From an uncultured Mycoplasmatota bacterium (GTDB taxonomy: Bacteria; Bacillota_I; Bacilli_A; RF39; UBA660): a stretch of 64,000 bases of DNA. The stretch lies in the NCBI GenBank assembly GCA_900552495.1, contig URZY01000005.1:55030-119029 (forward strand), given 5' to 3'. Positions 46,968-57,655 of this stretch are shown piece after piece. Below the pieces are notes generated by a model. It was not told the DNA's origin, searched no databases, and saw only the letters and a list, made by a program, of their open reading frames with translations. The number at the start of each line of letters is the position of its first letter. Positions within the stretch are counted from its first letter, which is position 1. The translations under genes and the position numbers were made by a program.

Positions 46968-47969
46968 CTATTCAAAGAAATATTTAGCAGTACGGACCAT
47001 TTGGGCAGTATAACTCATTTCATTATCATACCAAGAAACAACTTTTACTAATTGTTCACCGTCAACATCTAATACAGTAGTTGAAAGACCATCTACTAGT
47101 GATCCACAGCGTCTTCCGATGACATCACTGGAAACAATTGGATCCTCTGTATATTGAAGAGTTTCATTTTGCGCATTCTTTAAGGCGTTGTTTATTTCTT
47201 CAACAGTTGTATTTCTACCTAATTCTAGAGTTAAATCTACTACTGAGCCGGTTGGTACAGGGACACGCATAGCAGTTCCATCTAACTTTCCAGCTAAATT
47301 CGGACAAACCAATCCTATTGCTGAAGCTGCTCCTGTTGAGGCTGGAATAATATTGGCAGCACAAGCTCTACCACGACGGGCTTTAATTCCTTTTTTATGA
47401 GCAATATCTAATGATGCTTGATCATTAGTGTATGCATGAACTGTTGTCATAAATCCCTTTTTTATACCAAATGTTTTATCTAAAACATCAACTACTGGGG
47501 CTAAGCAGTTAGTAGTACAGCTAGCAGCAGAAATAATTTTTTCGTCGCCTGTTAAAGTTTCATGATTTACGTTATAAACAATTGTCTTTATATTACCTTT
47601 AGCTGGAGCAGAAATAATTACTTTTTTTGCTCCGGCATTGATATGAGCCATAGCTTTTTCTTCTGATGTAAATAAACCAGTACATTCAAAAACTACATCT
47701 ATATCTAAATCACCCCATGGTAACATAGCAGGGTCTTTTTCAGCATAAACACGTACACGACGATTACCTACTACAATATAATCTCCATCATGTGTAATTT
47801 CATCAATACGATAATTTCTATGGTTAGTATCATATTTTAATAAATAAGCTAATTGTTCAGCATCGGTTAAATCATTGATAGCGACAACTTCAAATTCTTC
47901 ATTTTCCTCCATTAAACGGAAACAAAGTCTTCCAATTCTTCCGAATCCATTAATTGCAACTTTAATCAT
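46968..47969 (-). CDS. gap: Glyceraldehyde-3-phosphate dehydrogenase
   Basis: INGFGRIGR and ASCTTNCLAP. Confidence 0.9.
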   Translation of the reverse strand: MIKVAINGFGRIGRLCFRLMEENEEFEVVAINDLTDAEQLAYLLKYDTNHRNYRIDEITHDGDYIVVGNRRVRVYAEKDPAMLPWGDLDIDVVFECTGLFTSEEKAMAHINAGAKKVIISAPAKGNIKTIVYNVNHETLTGDEKIISAASCTTNCLAPVVDVLDKTFGIKKGFMTTVHAYTNDQASLDIAHKKGIKARRGRACAANIIPASTGAASAIGLVCPNLAGKLDGTAMRVPVPTGSVVDLTLELGRNTTVEEINNALKNAQNETLQYTEDPIVSSDVIGRRCGSLVDGLSTTVLDVDGEQLVKVVSWYDNEMSYTAQMVRTAKYFFE

Positions 47970-48083
47970 ATATTATATATCCTCCTATATTTTCATTATA
48001 TAGTCTTATCTTTTTTGTTTCAATATATTATAAATATTTTGACACTTTTTATTGTCAAAGTATTTTATCCACAAGGAAAGAGA

Positions 48084-48118
48084 TAAAAATAAAAAATATC
48101 CACAAGAACTGTGGATAT
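48084..48118 (-). terminator. Intrinsic terminator (second copy of the ATATCCACA-N5-TGTGGATAT hairpin)
   Basis: There is a 9-bp perfect stem at 48096-48104/48110-48118, flanked by A and T runs. It is 3' of the minus-strand gene ending at 48131. Confidence 0.5.
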
Positions 48119-48130
48119 TTTTAGTCACCT

Positions 48131-49795
48131 TTATTCGTGAAAGTAGCTGCCTCCAATAAACTCTCTTATGACGGCATCCTCTGGAATGGCATCAGCTGGA
48201 ATTGGTAAAAATAAACGTAAGAAGTTTAATAAACGTTTTGCCTCTTCATAGTATGGTGAATCTGATGGAACAGAGTATAGGAGCGGTTCAACATAGGTCT
48301 TTAAAACTCCGATCTCATAAATTGCGGCAGAATTGATAGTTGCATCAGCTTCATCTTGATATGGGAAGATATATTTTTCTTCACCACGACGGACACTAGG
48401 CCACAAAGATAAAGTGTGTTCAATGCGGTAATTACGCGTTCGATTGTCACGAACAATTCTTCTTAATAGTCTATTATCACTTGTACAAATTCGGTTATGA
48501 TAGTCCATATTTAACTCAGTCAAAGCCGATATATATATTTTATATTTATTCTCACGTGGAATATTAGTTAGTATTTTACTATCTAAAGCATGAATTCCCT
48601 CAATTAATAAAATATCTTTTTCTTCTAATTGAAGTTCACTTTTATATTCTTTGATTCCAAGCGTAAAATTATAGGTTGGAAGAAGAACCTTGTCACCTTT
48701 CATTAATGATGCCATTTGTTTATCAAATAGTTTAATATCCATTGCCTCTAGACATTCATAGTCGGGTTTGCCATATTCATCCAATGGTGTATCTTCTTTA
48801 TCTACAAAATAATCATCCATAGAAATAACATGTGGGGTTAAACCAAAACTCTTTAAATACATGCATAATTTTCTAGTGGAAGTTGTTTTTCCAGAAGACG
48901 AAGGGCCGGCAATTAAAATTATTTTAACTTTATTTTTATGTTCATTGATATCCTTAGCAACAGTTAGTAACCGGTTGCTTTGAAGTGTTTCATCAATTTT
49001 GATTAGATCACTTATTTTACCAGTTGAAACAACCTTATTTAAATCAGATGAGGTCTCAATATGAATTAATTTTGCCCAATCTCTATTTTCCTTAAAAACT
49101 TTAAACATATTAGGATGATGTTCATACTCCTTTATCCTATCATTTATATAAACCGTTGGGAATCTTAAAACAAAACCATTATCTTTGACATATGTTAAAT
49201 CAAAGTCCTTTAAATCTCCCGTTGATGGAGCCATTAAACTATAAAAATAATTATATAGGTTTCCTAAACGATATAAAGTAATATAATTATTGGTGTTATA
49301 TGTCATAACTCCTGCTTTAGCAAAATCATTTATACTTTCAAAATATTTTATAGCTTCTAGGCGGTCAATTGTAACTTTGGATATAGGCATATCGGCCTCA
49401 ATAACTGCTTTCATCGCTTCTTTTATAGATTCTAGTTTGCTTTCAGTTAAGCGGAATGTTGTCTCAATGTACAAGCCTTTATCTAGAGAATGTTGAACTA
49501 TTATATCGCTAGTTTTACCATAGAGTTTTTTAATAGCATAAACCAAGATATATATAAGACCATTTACGTGACAGCGATTAGCTTCTCTTTCAGTAAGATC
49601 TAAAAATTCAACATCGGAGTTTTCCTTTAATGTTGCTGTTAATTCCTTATAGTGATTATTAACGCGCGCTAAAATAATTGGATATTTTCTTTCTGGCTCT
49701 AGCTCATTAGCTATTTCTTGAAGTGTTATTCCCTTACTAAATTTATATTTTTTTCCATTTATTCTTGCTTCAATTGTTTCTATCACAATATTCAC
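48131..49795 (-). CDS. TGS-domain protein fused to a uridine-kinase/PRK-family nucleoside kinase
   Basis: The N-terminus has a ThrRS-like TGS domain (IVIETIEARINGKKYKF). The C-terminus has the P-loop IAGPSSSGKTTSTRKL plus a PRK-like fold. Confidence 0.6.
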   Translation of the reverse strand: MNIVIETIEARINGKKYKFSKGITLQEIANELEPERKYPIILARVNNHYKELTATLKENSDVEFLDLTEREANRCHVNGLIYILVYAIKKLYGKTSDIIVQHSLDKGLYIETTFRLTESKLESIKEAMKAVIEADMPISKVTIDRLEAIKYFESINDFAKAGVMTYNTNNYITLYRLGNLYNYFYSLMAPSTGDLKDFDLTYVKDNGFVLRFPTVYINDRIKEYEHHPNMFKVFKENRDWAKLIHIETSSDLNKVVSTGKISDLIKIDETLQSNRLLTVAKDINEHKNKVKIILIAGPSSSGKTTSTRKLCMYLKSFGLTPHVISMDDYFVDKEDTPLDEYGKPDYECLEAMDIKLFDKQMASLMKGDKVLLPTYNFTLGIKEYKSELQLEEKDILLIEGIHALDSKILTNIPRENKYKIYISALTELNMDYHNRICTSDNRLLRRIVRDNRTRNYRIEHTLSLWPSVRRGEEKYIFPYQDEADATINSAAIYEIGVLKTYVEPLLYSVPSDSPYYEEAKRLLNFLRLFLPIPADAIPEDAVIREFIGGSYFHE

Positions 49796-49894
49796 CCCTT
49801 ATATTTTCTCATAATAAGTATAGCATAATATGTCTATTTATTATAGGAATATTTTCTTCATTTTACATTATACTATGTATAGGTAGGTGATAAT

Positions 49895-50467
49895 ATGAAT
49901 TTAGTACCAGTTGTCGTTGATAAAGATATTCAAGGAGAAAGAAGTTATGATATTTTTTCAAGATTGTTGAAGGAAAGAATTATTTTTATTAGTGGTGAAA
50001 TTAATGATAGTGTTGCAAACAGCGTTATTGCTGAATTATTGTATTTAGATTCTATTAATCACGAGGATATTTCTATTTATATTAATTCGCCTGGTGGCGT
50101 TATTACTTCTGGAATGGCAATTTATGATACTATGAATTTTGTCAAAAGCGATGTTACAACTATATGTATTGGTATGGCAGCTAGTATGGCAGCGTTTTTG
50201 TTATCTAGTGGAACCATTGGAAAAAGATATATTTTACCAAATGCAGATGTTATGATTCACCAACCTCTTGGAGGAGCTGAGGGACAGGCTACGGATATCA
50301 AGATTGCAGCGGAGAGAATTTTGGAGTTAAAGAGACGTATTAATAGAATACTGGCAAAAAATACAGGAAAATCCTTAAGTAAAATTGAAAAAGATACGGA
50401 ACGTGATAATTATTTAACAGCTGATGAAGCAGTAAAATATGGACTTGTAGATAAAATCATAAGATAA
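49895..50467 (+). CDS. clpP: ATP-dependent Clp protease proteolytic subunit
   Basis: The catalytic Ser is in GMAASMAA and the catalytic His in MIHQPLGG; 190 aa. Confidence 0.9.
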   Translation: MNLVPVVVDKDIQGERSYDIFSRLLKERIIFISGEINDSVANSVIAELLYLDSINHEDISIYINSPGGVITSGMAIYDTMNFVKSDVTTICIGMAASMAAFLLSSGTIGKRYILPNADVMIHQPLGGAEGQATDIKIAAERILELKRRINRILAKNTGKSLSKIEKDTERDNYLTADEAVKYGLVDKIIR

Positions 50468-50500
50468 AGAGCTATTTAAAATAGCTCTTTATTTATTTTT
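50466..50500. terminator. Bidirectional terminator between clpP and whiA
   Basis: AAAGAGCTATTT-AAAATAGCTCTTT, followed by ATTTATTTTT. Confidence 0.5.
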
Positions 50501-51421
50501 AGATAAGTTGTCTGCTAACTCCTTTATTTTTCTTAGTCTATGATTTAGACCAGATTTTGTAATTGGCTTTGATGTCTCTAAAGAAATTATTTCTGACAAT
50601 TCTTTTAGAGAAGCCTCGGGATATTTTTTTCGATATTCTAAGGTTTCTTTTGTTTTATCGTCAAGCAAGTCTAGAGAAGCTGTTTCTTCAATAATTCTAA
50701 TTTGGTCAAGTTGACTTGTTGCAGTGGCAACTACACGATCAATATTAGCTTGTTCACAATTATTTAGACGGTTAGTTTGATTTTTTTGTTCACGATAAAT
50801 TCGAACATTTTCAAAATACATTACAGCATTATTGGCGCCAAGTATTTTGATATAGTCACTTATTTTCTCGGCTTCTTTCAAGTAAATCATATACCCTTTA
50901 TCACGATTTAGTATTTTAGCATTTAAATCAAAGATGTTCAAAAGCTTTTGAACAAAAACTGCCTCTTCTGGTGTTGAAATTAATAATTCCATATGATAAC
51001 GAGAGGTTTTGGGATCATTAATACTTCCACAGCATAGAAAGACTCCCCTTAAATAAGCTCTTATCTCTTCATTTGCCCCTACTATATATGTTGGAGGAGT
51101 TGGAAGAATTTTTTTGTTTTTATCAATAAAACCAATATCTTGTAAAATCATATCGACTTTAGTATCAATAGACATTAGAATTAATTCTTTTTTACTAAAG
51201 TTAACATTTTCTTTAGTATCAATTTTTAAATCTACTTCATATTCGGTTTTTAGAAAGTTTTTTATTCTTTCGACAGTCTTTTTATTCTCTGTTGTTAGAG
51301 TTATTGTACCATCGGTGATTGTGCCATTATTTCTAATAAAGCCGGCTAGTTCGGCTATCGTTTCTGATTCAGTGGTCTTTATACTAGCGATTTCTTCTTT
51401 TATACGCGTTGTGTATGACAT
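50489..51421 (-). CDS. whiA: DNA-binding sporulation/cell-division regulator WhiA
   Basis: 310 aa with a LAGLIDADG-like N-terminus and a C-terminal HTH. It is in a conserved pair with yvcK. Confidence 0.8.
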   Translation of the reverse strand: MSYTTRIKEEIASIKTTESETIAELAGFIRNNGTITDGTITLTTENKKTVERIKNFLKTEYEVDLKIDTKENVNFSKKELILMSIDTKVDMILQDIGFIDKNKKILPTPPTYIVGANEEIRAYLRGVFLCCGSINDPKTSRYHMELLISTPEEAVFVQKLLNIFDLNAKILNRDKGYMIYLKEAEKISDYIKILGANNAVMYFENVRIYREQKNQTNRLNNCEQANIDRVVATATSQLDQIRIIEETASLDLLDDKTKETLEYRKKYPEASLKELSEIISLETSKPITKSGLNHRLRKIKELADNLSKNK

Positions 51422-52380
51422 TATCTAACTAAATATGAGAAAATTAAAGAACTTAATTTTAAGCTATTATGTCTTAAAATATTGTCTTCTATAATGATTA
51501 AGTCATCTTCAATTAACTCTACACCTAACTTCTTTATTTTATCATGATCAATTGGCACAGGATCCTTTTGTTCTTTAGTATAGTACTTTTTGGCAATGGC
51601 CTTATCTATCTTAGTATTACTTGCAATAACTACATTTAGCTTTCGCGTTTCTAAATATTTATTAATCATTTCAATGTGATCACCAACTGTAAATTTATCG
51701 GTTTCTCCTGGCTGGGTTACAACATTACATAAATACATAATAGGAGCTTTAGATTTACCTAAGGCATCCTTAACTGATTTGCATAGAACATTTGGTAAAA
51801 CAGATGTATATAAGCTTCCCATACTAAGAATAATTAAATCAGCTTCAGCAATCGCTTTTAAAACTTCTGGAAGAACAACTGGTTCTTCTTTGTAAAAAAT
51901 CTCTGCAAATTGTTTATGAGCACTAGTAATTTGGTGTTCTCCCTCAACAATGTTTCCGTCATAATCTTTAGCCATAAGAGTTAGTTTTGAGTCTTCTGAA
52001 ATAGGTAAGACGGTGTGTCTTACATCAAGAAGTTTACTTAAATAACCAATCGAGTCTTTAAGTGAACCATTTAAGTCTAACATAGCTGTTAAAATTAGAT
52101 TTCCTAAAGCATGACCATCTAAATCACTTGATGTATTAAAACGATACTCCATCATTTTCTTTATCGGATCATCAATTCCAGAAAGAGAAGTTATTACCTT
52201 TCTAATATCTCCCACTGCAGGAGTATGAAACTCTTCTCTTAAACGGCCAGTTGAACGACCGTTATCTGAAGTTGTGATTACTGCAGTTATATCTACTGGA
52301 AAATCTTTTAAACCACGTAATAAATAAGAAATTCCTGTTCCCCCACCAAAAACTACTATTTTTTTATTCATTTTCTTCAC
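51421..52380 (-). CDS. yvcK: YvcK/UPF0052 gluconeogenesis-factor family protein (CofD-like)
   Basis: IVVFGGGTG...TTSDNGRSTGRLR. Confidence 0.8.
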   Translation of the reverse strand: MKKMNKKIVVFGGGTGISYLLRGLKDFPVDITAVITTSDNGRSTGRLREEFHTPAVGDIRKVITSLSGIDDPIKKMMEYRFNTSSDLDGHALGNLILTAMLDLNGSLKDSIGYLSKLLDVRHTVLPISEDSKLTLMAKDYDGNIVEGEHQITSAHKQFAEIFYKEEPVVLPEVLKAIAEADLIILSMGSLYTSVLPNVLCKSVKDALGKSKAPIMYLCNVVTQPGETDKFTVGDHIEMINKYLETRKLNVVIASNTKIDKAIAKKYYTKEQKDPVPIDHDKIKKLGVELIEDDLIIIEDNILRHNSLKLSSLIFSYLVR

Positions 52381-52398
52381 CTCTATTTAAAATATTAA

Positions 52399-53211
52399 TT
52401 ATTTGCTAGTAATTACGTCATCATTATGATACAAATATTTTTTGTCTTTACATTTAATTGTATTATGGATAATTATTCCTATACCAGCTATCGAAAATAA
52501 GATTGATACTATTTGGGCAATCTTTAAAGGACCTAACATTAATGAATCACTGCGCATTCCTTCGATAAAGAAACGTAGTATCCCATACCAAATTAAATAT
52601 GTGGCAGTCAGCGTTCCTTCCTTTAAAGTCTTACTTTTTCTTAAGAAAAGAAGTAATATAAATCCTAATAAGCAGCCAATAGATTCATAAAAGAAGGTCG
52701 GTTGGCGATAATTTCCTAAGATATACATACCATTAATTACAAAAGTTGGTAAGGGTTGGGCTTGCAAGGCGTTTAAAGAGGTTACAGCTCCGTAAGCCTC
52801 TTGATTAAAAAAGTTCCCCCAGCGCCCTATCGCTTGACCAATTATGACACCGACGACAATAATATCAATAGTTTTAATAATATTTACTTTTTTAATTTTA
52901 CAATATAGAATAACTGTAATTAAGCCAGCAAAAATTCCGCCATGAATAGCTAAACCGCCATTCCAGATTTCAAAAATTTCTATTGGATTAGCAAGGTAAT
53001 AATTAAAATTAAAGATAACATAATATAATCGTGCACCAATTATCCCGAATATTAATGTATAAAAAGTTAAATTTACTAAAAAGTCACTATTAATATTTTG
53101 CTTTTTAGCCTCTTTGTATATTAGAAAACATGCTGTTAACATACCAAGGAAGATAAAAATAGAATACCAATATATTTGAATAAAACCTAAATCTAATGCT
53201 ACTCTATTCAT
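52399..53211 (-). CDS. lgt: Prolipoprotein diacylglyceryl transferase
   Basis: The Lgt signature GRWGNFFNQEAYG is present; the protein is polytopic. Confidence 0.85.
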   Translation of the reverse strand: MNRVALDLGFIQIYWYSIFIFLGMLTACFLIYKEAKKQNINSDFLVNLTFYTLIFGIIGARLYYVIFNFNYYLANPIEIFEIWNGGLAIHGGIFAGLITVILYCKIKKVNIIKTIDIIVVGVIIGQAIGRWGNFFNQEAYGAVTSLNALQAQPLPTFVINGMYILGNYRQPTFFYESIGCLLGFILLLFLRKSKTLKEGTLTATYLIWYGILRFFIEGMRSDSLMLGPLKIAQIVSILFSIAGIGIIIHNTIKCKDKKYLYHNDDVITSK

Positions 53212-53221
53212 TTACATTCCC

Positions 53222-56041
53222 TCATTCCGATAATATTTTCTTTAAAAATTGACCGGTATATGACTCTTTTACTTCGGCTATTTCTTCTGGAGTACCAGTT
53301 GCAACGATTGTTCCACCGGCATCGCCACCTTCTGGGCCAAGATCAATGATGTGGTCTGCTACTTTGATTACATCTAAGTTGTGTTCAATCACTACTACCG
53401 TGTCTTTATTATCTACTATTTTCTGTAAAATTGCAAGTAAACGCTTAATATCATCAACGTGAAGTCCAGTGGTTGGTTCATCTAAAACAAATAAAGTTTT
53501 ACCAGTTGCTTTACGTTGTAGTTCTTTTGCTAATTTAACACGTTCAGCTTCTCCACCAGATAAGGTAGGGGCACTTTGACCTAATTTTATATAACCTAAG
53601 CCTACCTCTTCTAAAACTTGTAATTTATGTTTTATTTTAGGAACATTATCAAAAAATGTTAAAGCCTCTGTTACTCGCATATCTAAAACTTCGGCAATGT
53701 TTTTGCCTTTATATTTTATGTTTAGAGTCTCCCTATTATATCTAGTTCCATGACAAACTTCACAAGGAACATAAACATCTGGTAAAAAATGCATCTCGAT
53801 TTTTTTGACACCGTCTCCACGGCAGGCTTCACAACGTCCACCCTTTACATTAAAGGAAAATCTATTTTTCTCAAAGCCATACATTTTTGCTTCTTTAGTA
53901 GTTGTAAATAGGGTTCTTATATCATCAAAAACGCCAGTGTAAGTAGCCGGATTAGATCTTGGAGTTCTTCCAATTGGATTTTGTGAGATTGCAACAATCT
54001 TGTCTAAATTGTCCATACCAAGAATCTTTTCATATTTACCCGGTTTTTCTTTAGTGTTATATAAATATTTAGAAAGAGCTTTACAAAGAATTTCATTTAT
54101 TAAACTACTTTTCCCACTACCAGAAACACCTGTAATACAAGTAAATGTTCCAAGCGGGATATCAACATTAATATTTTTTAGGTTATTTTCACGTGCACCT
54201 TTTATTTTAAGATATTTTTTGTTGCCTTTTCTTCTTTCTTTTGGTATTTCAATGCATTTTTTGCCACTTAAGTATTGTCCCGTAATGCTGCTATCATTTT
54301 GCATTACTTCTTCCGGTGTTCCTTGGGCAATAATTTGACCACCTGCATCCCCTGCACCAGGTCCAATATCTACCAAATAATCACAGGCTAACATAGTATC
54401 AGTATCATGTTCTACAACAATGAGAGTATTACCTAAATCTCGCATTTCTTGCATTGATTTAATTAATTTGGCATTATCTCGTTGGTGCAATCCGATACTT
54501 GGCTCATCTAAGACATATAAAACTCCTGTTAAATGAGAGCCTATTTGAGTCGCTAAACGAATACGTTGTGCTTCTCCTCCAGATAGTGTTCCCGCACTTC
54601 TATTCAACGTTAGATAGTCAAGCCCTACATTTGATAGGAAACTTAAACGTTCATTTATTTCTTTTAAAACTAGAGTAGCGATTTGCTTTTGTTCTTCTGT
54701 TAACGTTAATTTACTATAGGAATTTAGTAGTTCTTTAATACTCATACAGGTAACTTCATAAATATTTTTACCATCTACTTTTACAGATAGAACTTCGTCT
54801 TTTAGTCTTGCTCCTTGACAAGCGTCACAAACATGCTCAACCATGTAGTTCTCTAACCAATCACGAACCCAAGTAGAGCTTGTTTCCATGTAACGACGTT
54901 CTAGGTTATTAACGATGCCTTCATAAAAGTCTTTACTATTATAACTGTTACCGCTCTTAGACTTATATGAAAAGTGAATTATTTCGTCAGAACCATATAA
55001 GATAACTGATTGTTGCTTAGGAGTTAGACTCTTCCATGGTTTAGTCATATTGATTTTGTAATGCTTACACAAGCATTCTAGTTTTTTATAATCTAATCCT
55101 TCCGGGTCATCTGTTAAGGTTTTTATACATCCGGAAGCAATAGATAGATTTTTATCAGGAATAAGAAGGTCTTCATCAATTTGCAATTTTACTCCTAAGC
55201 CTTTGCATTCTGGACAGGCACCATATGGAGCATTAAAACTAAATGTTCTTGGCTCTAATTCGCTTAATGAGAAGTCACAGTGTGGACAAGCAAATTGTTC
55301 AGAAAAAACAACTTCTTTAGCATTTTCCCCTAATATTTGAACAATAACTTTTCCGGCGGCTAACTTAGTAGCCGTCTCAATGGCTTCAAAGATTCGACTG
55401 TGAGAATCTTCTTTGATGACAACACGGTCAATTACAACATCGATATTATCTTTTTTATTTTTATCTAGTTCAATATTATCGCTTAAATCAACCATTTCCC
55501 CATTAACTCTTATTCTTACATAACCCTCTTTACGTAATTTATCAAGTAAATCCTTGTGAGTTCCTTTTTCACCATGAACAACTGGGGCAAGAATAATTAT
55601 TTTGGTTCCTTCACCATATTCTAAAACTTTATCAGTCATTTCTTCAACACTCTGTGATGAAATTGGAATATTGTGGGTTGGACAATATGGTACCCCTACT
55701 CTTGCAAATAAAAGACGTAAGTAATCATATATTTCTGTCACAGTTCCAACCGTGGAACGTGGATTGTTAGATGTTGTTTTTTGATCAATACTAATAGCAG
55801 GAGATAACCCCTCAATACTGTCGACATCAGGTTTTTCTGAGCCCCCTAAGAATTGTCTCGCATAGGCTGACAGACTCTCTACATAACGACGTTGTCCTTC
55901 AGCATAAATTGTATCAAAAGCCAATGAACTTTTACCACTACCCGATAATCCAGTCATAACAATCATTTTATTTTTTGGTAGTTCTATATCTATATTTTTT
56001 AGGTTATTTTCACGTGCACCTTTAATTATAATTTTATCCAT
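53222..56041 (-). CDS. uvrA: Excinuclease ABC subunit A
   Basis: 939 aa; two ABC modules ([11 protein letters not shown] and [10 protein letters not shown]) plus zinc fingers. Confidence 0.95.
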   Translation of the reverse strand: MDKIIIKGARENNLKNIDIELPKNKMIVMTGLSGSGKSSLAFDTIYAEGQRRYVESLSAYARQFLGGSEKPDVDSIEGLSPAISIDQKTTSNNPRSTVGTVTEIYDYLRLLFARVGVPYCPTHNIPISSQSVEEMTDKVLEYGEGTKIIILAPVVHGEKGTHKDLLDKLRKEGYVRIRVNGEMVDLSDNIELDKNKKDNIDVVIDRVVIKEDSHSRIFEAIETATKLAAGKVIVQILGENAKEVVFSEQFACPHCDFSLSELEPRTFSFNAPYGACPECKGLGVKLQIDEDLLIPDKNLSIASGCIKTLTDDPEGLDYKKLECLCKHYKINMTKPWKSLTPKQQSVILYGSDEIIHFSYKSKSGNSYNSKDFYEGIVNNLERRYMETSSTWVRDWLENYMVEHVCDACQGARLKDEVLSVKVDGKNIYEVTCMSIKELLNSYSKLTLTEEQKQIATLVLKEINERLSFLSNVGLDYLTLNRSAGTLSGGEAQRIRLATQIGSHLTGVLYVLDEPSIGLHQRDNAKLIKSMQEMRDLGNTLIVVEHDTDTMLACDYLVDIGPGAGDAGGQIIAQGTPEEVMQNDSSITGQYLSGKKCIEIPKERRKGNKKYLKIKGARENNLKNINVDIPLGTFTCITGVSGSGKSSLINEILCKALSKYLYNTKEKPGKYEKILGMDNLDKIVAISQNPIGRTPRSNPATYTGVFDDIRTLFTTTKEAKMYGFEKNRFSFNVKGGRCEACRGDGVKKIEMHFLPDVYVPCEVCHGTRYNRETLNIKYKGKNIAEVLDMRVTEALTFFDNVPKIKHKLQVLEEVGLGYIKLGQSAPTLSGGEAERVKLAKELQRKATGKTLFVLDEPTTGLHVDDIKRLLAILQKIVDNKDTVVVIEHNLDVIKVADHIIDLGPEGGDAGGTIVATGTPEEIAEVKESYTGQFLKKILSE

Positions 56042-56097
56042 AATATCACCCGGCTCTTATTATAACACAAAAAAAGAAAATAATGCGGATTATTTCC

Positions 56098-56949
56098 TTA
56101 TTTAAATCGATTTTTATAAGTACATTTTTGACATAATTCTTCAATTGGATGATGATTTTGAAATGATTTTTTTAAGTCTTGACAGCGTTTACTATTAATT
56201 ATTTTTGTGAATGAGTCTTTAAATATATTCCCTAGTTCAATTTCTCCATTACTGTCAAGGCAGCAGGGAACAACTGTTCCGTCGGACAAAATTGCTATTT
56301 GAGTTTTTAAGGCCATACAGAAACCATCGCTGGTTTTAGAGGTAGTGGTTGTTGGCCACTCAAACTCATTATCTTTATCCACATAAATTGTGGAAGAAAT
56401 TTTGACATTGTTCTCGGTTTTTAATTTTTCCACCGTTCCTGGGGATAAATTATAATATTTAGTCAATTTTTCCACTGTTTTTAGGGACTTCTCATCTAGC
56501 TTTTTATTTTGAAGTGTCCATAGACGATAGATTACCACAGTATTTGGGGATAACTTTTCTACACTCTTAAATATTTTTTCTTCATAATTAGGAATATTTT
56601 GCTCACAATGTAAGGAAAAGTTTATTTTATGTAAAGCTTTACATTCTTTTAATTCTTCTACTAATTTAGGAAATAAAATCCCGTTTGTTGTAATATTGAC
56701 TTTCATATCAAAGTCTTGGGCTATTTTTAAAAACGTAGATAAACTTTTATGTAATAATGGTTCGCCCTTAACATGTAAATATATATTATCTGTATATGGT
56801 TTTATTTGCTCTAAAATATGAGAAAACTCTTTAATTGTCATAGATCTAGGTGGCCGCAAAACTTTACTACAAAAATGACAAGATAGGTTACAGATATTAG
56901 TTATTTCAATATAAACCTTTTTAAATTTCTTCTTCATTATATACCACAC
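56098..56949 (-). CDS. Small radical SAM enzyme with a C-terminal SPASM/twitch-like auxiliary cluster domain
   Basis: The CxxxCxxC motif is ICNLSCHFC and the SAM motif is GEPLL. The C-terminus has DGTVVPCCLDSNGEIELGNIFKDSFTKII and CQKC, matching the SPASM pattern G.v.PC...G.lGNi...sl.eiw. The protein is 283 aa. Confidence 0.65.
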   Translation of the reverse strand: MWYIMKKKFKKVYIEITNICNLSCHFCSKVLRPPRSMTIKEFSHILEQIKPYTDNIYLHVKGEPLLHKSLSTFLKIAQDFDMKVNITTNGILFPKLVEELKECKALHKINFSLHCEQNIPNYEEKIFKSVEKLSPNTVVIYRLWTLQNKKLDEKSLKTVEKLTKYYNLSPGTVEKLKTENNVKISSTIYVDKDNEFEWPTTTTSKTSDGFCMALKTQIAILSDGTVVPCCLDSNGEIELGNIFKDSFTKIINSKRCQDLKKSFQNHHPIEELCQKCTYKNRFK

Positions 56950-57643
56950 AGACTAAATTTTTTCCTGGCTTATTTCCAAGATTAGAAAAATATTTATTAT
57001 TTGTTGTTGAATCAGTATTATCAAAGTAAATATTATTAGGATCGACAATTTCTTTAATTAAAGTATTGAAGATAGCATATCTAATATCTAAAAAGGTCTT
57101 CTTTTTCCTTTTAATTGTAGTATCTTTCCAAATATAATTATTTGTTAATAAGGATGGCGCAACTTCTAATTTATCTTTATTTGGGCAAGCACTAATATAG
57201 AAGGTCATTTCAAATGGTGCCGCGTTGGTTTCTTTTATTAAACTTTCAACGATTTCATGTAATAAGTTATTGTTTAAGTTTTCTAATGTACCAATAGCAA
57301 TAGCTACTACTGAATGACCAGTCTCTGTTTGAGCGGAGGCTATTATAACTGGATAGTCATCCATTTCAGCAGCAACGCATAAACCGTTGCTACTATCTTT
57401 TAGTAATAAAATAGCTTCTTTTACTTTTTTGATAGATGGAGTTACCACTCGAGATTTAATCTCTTTATTTTTATTTGGTAATATTATAACTTTTTCAGAA
57501 TCTATATTTTTCTTGGCAAAAAAACGCTTTAAAGTATTTTCATATAAAAGGTTTCTCTCTGCCGATGAAAGCGTTGGGAAAAACTTTTTCTCATTTGACA
57601 TAATTCCATCTTTTTGAGACGAAATAAATACATTTAACTTCAT
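56921..57643 (-). CDS. Hypothetical protein (240 aa), translationally coupled upstream partner of the radical SAM enzyme
   Basis: It overlaps the rSAM gene start by 29 nt. There is a weak resemblance to the DUF152/YfiH pattern (CVAAEMDDYPVII...TGHSVVAIAIG), but the HAGWRG motif is absent, so the family is unassigned. Confidence 0.35.
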   Translation of the reverse strand: MKLNVFISSQKDGIMSNEKKFFPTLSSAERNLLYENTLKRFFAKKNIDSEKVIILPNKNKEIKSRVVTPSIKKVKEAILLLKDSSNGLCVAAEMDDYPVIIASAQTETGHSVVAIAIGTLENLNNNLLHEIVESLIKETNAAPFEMTFYISACPNKDKLEVAPSLLTNNYIWKDTTIKRKKKTFLDIRYAIFNTLIKEIVDPNNIYFDNTDSTTNNKYFSNLGNKPGKNLVCVVYNEEEI

Positions 57644-57655
57644 ACTTCCTCCTGA

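Noticed and set aside
49796-49894. Searched for a CtsR operator (GGTCAAA direct repeat) upstream of clpP
   Set aside because: No GGTCAAA heptad is present in the 99-bp intergenic region. clpP regulation here cannot be asserted.
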